A DNA stretch of 64,000 nucleotides, taken from the NCBI GenBank assembly GCA_002633005.1, contig NMRA01000624.1:179010-243009 (forward strand), read 5' to 3'. This DNA comes from Phoronis australis. Taxonomy: Eukaryota > Animalia > Phoronida. The notes beneath the pieces were generated by a model. The model did no database searches, was not told the origin of the DNA, and was given only the letters and a program-made list of their open reading frames with translations. Position 1 is the stretch's first letter; the number at the start of each line of letters is the position of its first letter. Positions 62,428 to 64,000 of the stretch are shown here, one piece after another. Made by a program: the position numbers and the translations under genes.

Positions 62428-64000
62428 NAACACCTTATTATTTTGAATTAGCTAATGCAAGAAAATATGAGACTTGAAACAGAGACCCACGAAAGTGTGC
62501 CAAAGCCCCATTATCTTCTTTTGCAAGCTTTTAAATTCATACCTGAGCACTGACTTCATTTGGTTCTGAAGGCAAAATTCGACTTCAAAGGTTCTAGTTG
62601 CGAAGAGATTCCGTGCAGGAGATACAGTTGCTCGAACAAAAGTCGCGTTGCAATGACTTACAATGTTTAAGCTCCGCATTGCGCCATTTTAACAATCTGC
62701 TGCACATGAGCTTCGCTTTTTGGAATGAGTAGCTCGTCATATAGTGGCTGCGAAAACATTACAGCATCCTGGCATATGCAATGATATCGATACTGAAGAA
62801 TTGTTTGTTTACTGGATGAGCTCGTTTCCATGTGTACACTTCATTTTTCTGACCAATAAGAAGACTGGTCTAAAGCGTGTTAGTAATGCTTTACCGCAGG
62901 CCTCATACAGTAAACGTTTGACGCGGTATTTCAATAACAAATATGACTGCTATCCAATGTGGTGACCCACCAAGCACTTCCTGAACAACTTGCTGCATGC
63001 CATCGGGAGCAATTAACGTTTCACGTTTTACCTGTGATGACACCAATAATCCAGTAGTACCACTTCAGGTTCATTCAATCTGTAAAATTAACCTGGTATG
63101 CCTCTCAACTAGCCAAGTCCATTCACTCAAACCTGCTTGCATGCTCGTGAGGCCGTTCACAACATCACCGGAAGTATGCTTGCGTAAGCTGAAGCAGAAT
63201 ACTCCGGGAGTACACTGTTTGCGGACCAGTAAGACAGGTCAACTTTTTCAGTGGCCTTCGAATTCCATTTGGTTTTGTCATAGTCAACAGGTGCCATTGA
63301 CTTATCGCAAGCTCCGCCCCCTTGCGAAATGTCGACAAACAAACAATAACTTTTACCCGGCAACGTGTTGTTTGTCGGGTAAAATGTCGACTTGTAAACC
63401 GAGGGTGTGTCAAGAATGCTGTATTCTGATTGGTCGGATAAGCCATCATTCACAATCCTGGCGATACATGTACTGTATGTCAATTGTAGATACACATGTA
63501 TGAGTTTTACTTACTGGAAAGATTATCTGTAAATAAGTCGAATTACATAAGAGAGCGAACCATATCATTTTGACCTCATCACAGCAGGTCAAGATTTGTT
63601 GATCTCTTCCCGATCGTGAATTACTGGCAGCATCGTCACCATGTGCTGCTTTTAGTTGACGTAAGCGTCTTGAAGGCCGAGCACAGGCTAGTTGAGACGT
63701 CTTTGCCATGTTGCCAGTTAATTTAGGGTGCCCATTTGTTTCAATATCAACATAACTAGCGAACGTGTTGCACTACTACATAATGTTAGGTGTGACGCAC
63801 ATTGCTCCCAGAATTACATGCTTTGAATTGCTTCGAGTGTCTTGTGGATGGCATTTGTATACCTTCTCTCAATTACAAGTGTATTGTTGAGCGACCGATA
63901 AGCGGACCGCTGGTTTTACTTTGATTTTCAAGGGGGTGGTGAGGACTATTCCCGAGGAGTGGTAGCTATGGACGAAGCAAAAGTGGATAACGGAGCTGAT

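Overview
AT-rich, intron-rich animal genomic DNA, probably from a lophotrochozoan or similar marine invertebrate (inferred from gene type and repeat landscape). It is not prokaryotic, and most ORF-track entries are spurious. The + strand carries a spliced gene missed by the ORF track. It has seven tandemly duplicated, symmetric phase-1 exons (135-144 nt), each encoding one ShKT (ShK toxin-like) six-Cys domain. These are followed by a 21-nt linker micro-exon and eight exons encoding a CAP/SCP domain, an EGF-like module and a further ShKT-like domain (Tex31/Mr30-like). All 16 exons join in one stop-free frame of 1833 nt; start and stop lie outside the window or were not found. Sequence 420-9010 is a collinear, internally deleted copy of about 32000-64000, with a LINE bridging the deletion that removed the CAP module, so exon A may belong to a separate paralog. 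Introns hold many transposon relics: an I/Jockey-group LINE, an RNase H LINE fragment, a Kolobok-like THAP element, an Academ-like element with a nested 21-bp-satellite foldback, a solo LTR inside a Merlin-like MITE, and a 650-bp palindrome. TACATGTA/TACTGTA motifs are very frequent and behave like Tc1/mariner excision footprints, including one in a splice donor and probably one in a coding exon. A 2.4-kb tandem duplication joined by a single N is probably an assembly artefact.
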